Positions 60,866 to 64,000 of a stretch of 64,000 bases of DNA are shown piece after piece. The translations under genes were made by a program, and so were the position numbers. The DNA is from Felis catus. Lineage: Eukaryota. The notes below the pieces were generated by a model. The model did not search any database and was not told where the DNA came from. It worked only from the letters and a program-made list of their open reading frames with translations. Location: assembly GCF_018350175.1 (NCBI RefSeq), contig NC_058368.1:80602001-80666000 (forward strand), read 5' to 3'. Position 1 is the first letter of the stretch, and every line of letters begins with the position of its first letter.

Positions 60866-61885
60866 ACACCCAGGGTGCCGGAGAGAACAGCTTCTCCGGA
60901 GTGGCAGACTTGATCACTTGATGACATGAGTAGGAGTGGCTTTGGGGGGTTGCTCTGGCACGGAGACCAGGCTGTGCAGGATGTCAGGCTTGAGAGCAGC
61001 AGTGACCGAAGATCCACGCACCTGAACTACGGAGTTGCTCAGTCTTTGTGACAAAGCCAGCCACAGCCGTTCCCTTTATTTTGAGATGGGAAAACGGAAA
61101 CCTGCTTTTAGGGTCCTAGATCAGTGAGTGATCAGGAGATCCCTGGCTTCGGCTGCTGGAGCGGGGGTGGAGGGGGTGCCCTGTCTGTGGGTAGGCCGGA
61201 GGGAGCTCCCCAGCTGCTTGCACAGGCACTAAATTGTCAGATGGCTTGGTGATCCTGGCCTTGGCCTTTTGTAGTGTTGGCTTTAAGGAGCCTGGTGAAG
61301 TGCTTGCCTTGAGGTTTTCAGGGTTATTAGCAAGGACGAGCATGTGGAAACACTTGGGGCATCAGGCGTCACTGTTCTGTTTGCAAATGGGCATCCCGTT
61401 TGGGAGTTACCTGGGAGAGCTGCAGTCTAGGGTGACAGGAATCTGTCGTTTGTGGCCTGCTTGAGCTTGCTGGATTTTAACAGTGGAAGAACACGAGTGC
61501 ACCTGCAGGATGGTAAGACCTCTGTCCAGTAGAGAGAGCTTAGAGAAGGCATTTCTGTTGTGTAAGCTGATGCCCCCAGACAGAGTGAGAGATCTGGAGT
61601 TTCCTTCTTTTAGGGGATGAGGGGGTTCCTCAGTCATCATCAGAGAAGGAGGTTTCTTAAATATGTCCATCTGGGAAGACCAGTCCTTACCACCTGACAC
61701 GTTTAGTGGTATTGGCTTAGTTTTTAGGTTCTATTGAACACTTTTATCTAGGGTATTGTGTCAAAACTCTTTATCTATGGGAACAGGGAGCGGGGAACTT
61801 CTGCTTGTGCCGAGTGTAATGAAAAGGCAGAACAGCTTTTGCCTTTGAAATGTTGAGGTTATGATAGGTAGCAATGACTAGTTTT

Positions 61886-62102
61886 TTTACATTTTTTTTT
61901 TAATGTTTATTTTTGAGAGGAAACAGAGACAGAATGCGAGTGGGTTAGGGGCAGAGAGAGAGGGAGACACAGAAACAGAAGCAGGCTCCAGGCTCTGAGC
62001 TGTCCGCACAGAGCCTGACGCGGGGCTCAAACTCACGAGCTGTGAGATCATGACCTGAGCTGAAAGTCGGATGCTCAACCGACTGAGCTACCCAGGTGCC
62101 CC
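61886..62102 (-). mobile_element. Feline CAN-SINE
   Basis: Full body; 16-bp TSD agcaatgactagtttt at 61870-61885 and 62103-62118. Confidence 0.95.
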
Positions 62103-63666
62103 AGCAATGACTAGTTTTAATAAACACAAGGGATAGGCGTGCATTTTTCGTAGAATGTTACAGCAGCTTCCATGGACCTTTGCTGTGCTCTGGAGAAATA
62201 GTGCGTGTCTTTCCTCTTGGCTCCTTGAGTTGCTTGGAGCCTCTGCATCCTGGACCAAGGGGAGACCGAGACAGCTGGCCCAGCCTCTGTACACAGAGAC
62301 CCGCATTGGCCCCAAGCCCTACTTGTGCTGTTTTTCCTTTTCCCTTTGCTTCCCAAGATTAACTAACACCTTAACCAAGATTGCTTTTTAGTCTGTACCT
62401 CCTGGCTAACGGAGTCATGTAAGAAGGAGCACCATGAAGGATTCTGGGTTTGGGTTTGAAGACTGTGTTAGGAGGTTTGTGTCAGGCAGCTGATACTCTT
62501 GAGTGTCCCCACCCTGTAAAAAATAACCCTGTTCCCCCAATACTGCCTTTTTTAAACAGGCACATAGACTTGTGCAGAGCCAGGATTTGTGCCCAGGTCT
62601 GCTGGGTGCCCGGGGCTGGTCCCTGGTGTATCACCGTGCGGTCGTGGACATCTGTCTGCTGAGGCCGGCTTCTTGCAGCAATCTGTATCCCAGTGGAACC
62701 AAGGCTTCTGCTGGAGCTTTTGCAGTGAGCCTTTAGTATTGGGAAGAAATCTATCCCAAGGCCTCGTGAATCCCCGAATTTAGAAATATTATAACGTTTT
62801 TTCAAAAGACACAATAACTTAAAACCTTTGCATGGCCCTTCCAGACTCTTCTGGGAACCTGTGGAGACTAGAGAGCTCTGTTCAATCAGTACCTGCCGGT
62901 GGGGGATTGGGGTTGGGGGTGGATTGTGGAGGGGGAGGGGTGGTTTGGAACTGCTTCCTGCAGCAGCAAGGGCAGGCTGTTCCTTCCTGTTATTCCCCAG
63001 AGGCTCAAGTCTGGTCTTCGAATCTGTGTTCTGAGAATGTAAGTACAGTTTAAGTAGACTGGGTTGAAAGGAAACGTGCAAGGATGATTTTTCCCTTGTG
63101 TAGGGAGGGGCGGGTGGCTTATTTCCTGTTGTCTGAATCTGTTACTGTTTCAAGGGCGTGCTTAGGACCAAACCAAAGTTGTTTCTAAAAGTTGGGTTTT
63201 AGTTAATGATGATCTTTCCATCTTGATCAAATCTCTAAGAAAACTTGTTTCTTCTTATATGTAAATAAGTTATTTTTAAAAGATTCAATGACCTAAAATA
63301 TGAAACCTACCAAAATTTGCGGTGAAATTTGCAACTCCCGTGTAAAATCTGCGATACTGAGCGCTCCTTTAATGGTGGTAATGAAGTGAGTTTCTGTGCG
63401 TCTGCGGGGTAATGAAGTCAGTCCTTTTGTTTTGTGTTGCTGTAATGGCTGACAGCTCTGGGATTGTCTGTGTGGTTTGCCTGATGTCCTCCTCCTGTGT
63501 GGCCCCATTGTTTGGCGGGGGCTCTCCACGCCTCACGCCTGAGGGAGAGCTCGCTGAGGCGGAGGCCGGCCTCCCTCCCCAGCTGTGGAGCAGAGGCTGC
63601 TCTGCTGTGAGACGTGTGGGACCGGCCTTCGTGGCATGGAGCGCTGGAGCCTGGCGGGGGAGTCAC

Positions 63667-63717
63667 ATGGGGTCCTGTAGCAGCCTGAGCGCGCGCAAGT
63701 CCCGGAGGGGGAGACAG
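63667..63717 (+). CDS. Candidate coding part of an internal alternative first exon of ARHGEF7: MGSCSSLSARKSRRGRQ
   Basis: ATG 63667 (cacATGG), 17 codons, ending CAG|gtgctc in phase 0 (the same phase as the exon 6 donor), followed by G runs; local CpG enrichment 63500-63780. The donor is weak, so this is tentative. Confidence 0.4.
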
Positions 63718-64000
63718 GTGCTCTGGAGCTGGGGAGGGGGCGGGGAGGGGGTGGCTCCTGGTGTCAGCCGGACTCGGTCAGGTCAGCCCTGTCTGGTCTG
63801 GGGCGAGTGTTTGGTGGGACAGCTGAGTGTGACGGGGAGTGTTGGGACGGGAGGATTACAGAACTTGTCCTTAGCGCACACTGGAAGAGCATGTTTCTAA
63901 CTGGTGGTTGACATTAACTAACTTGACTGCCTTGATGTCACTTTTTGGCAGAGGTTTCTTTGGCATTGTTTCTGGTACATTCTTACGGGAGGCTTTTATA

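Noticed and set aside
4786..62102. tRNA-like A/B-box heads and recurring ORFs such as GAWVAQSVKRPT…SLEPASDSVSPSL
   Set aside because: These are CAN-SINE copies (tRNA-derived) with CT tracts, A tails and TSDs, not tRNA genes or proteins. They are dispersed, so not a CRISPR-like array.
54189..64000. ARHGEF7 DH-domain exon (expected to begin VLQNILETE)
   Set aside because: Not found; it presumably lies just beyond the window end.

Overview
Mammalian genomic DNA, most likely cat or another felid (about 24 feline-type CAN-SINE/SINEC copies). The + strand carries five internal coding exons of ARHGEF7 (beta-PIX/COOL-1): 2904-2990, 31493-31577, 35117-35247, 44087-44288 and 54100-54188. They splice in frame and encode the C-terminal part of the CH domain, the linker, the SH3 domain (with the MTDNS start of the short isoform) and the run-up to the DH domain. 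Exon 1 and the DH exons lie outside the window. A CpG island at ~2.2-3.3 kb has an overlapping ETS/CRE motif and splice donors facing both directions. The main surprise, absent from the ORF track because it has no stop inside the window, is an uninterrupted minus-strand reading frame (ATG at 779, 259 codons, running off position 1). It encodes a pogo/Tigger-family transposase (two HTH domains plus the start of the DDE domain) inside an otherwise decayed element, and its CpG pattern suggests purifying selection. It is a candidate domesticated TIGD-like gene nested antisense in ARHGEF7 intron 1. A second lead is a possible internal first exon near 63.7 kb encoding MGSCSSLSARKSRRGRQ, a myristoylation/palmitoylation/polybasic-type N-terminus in the phase needed to join the DH exon. 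The rest is intronic sequence with SINEs, L1, MLT and Tigger/MER fragments and microsatellites. Repeat family names, exon numbers and comparisons with human come from recognition and memory, not database searches, and repeat boundaries are approximate.
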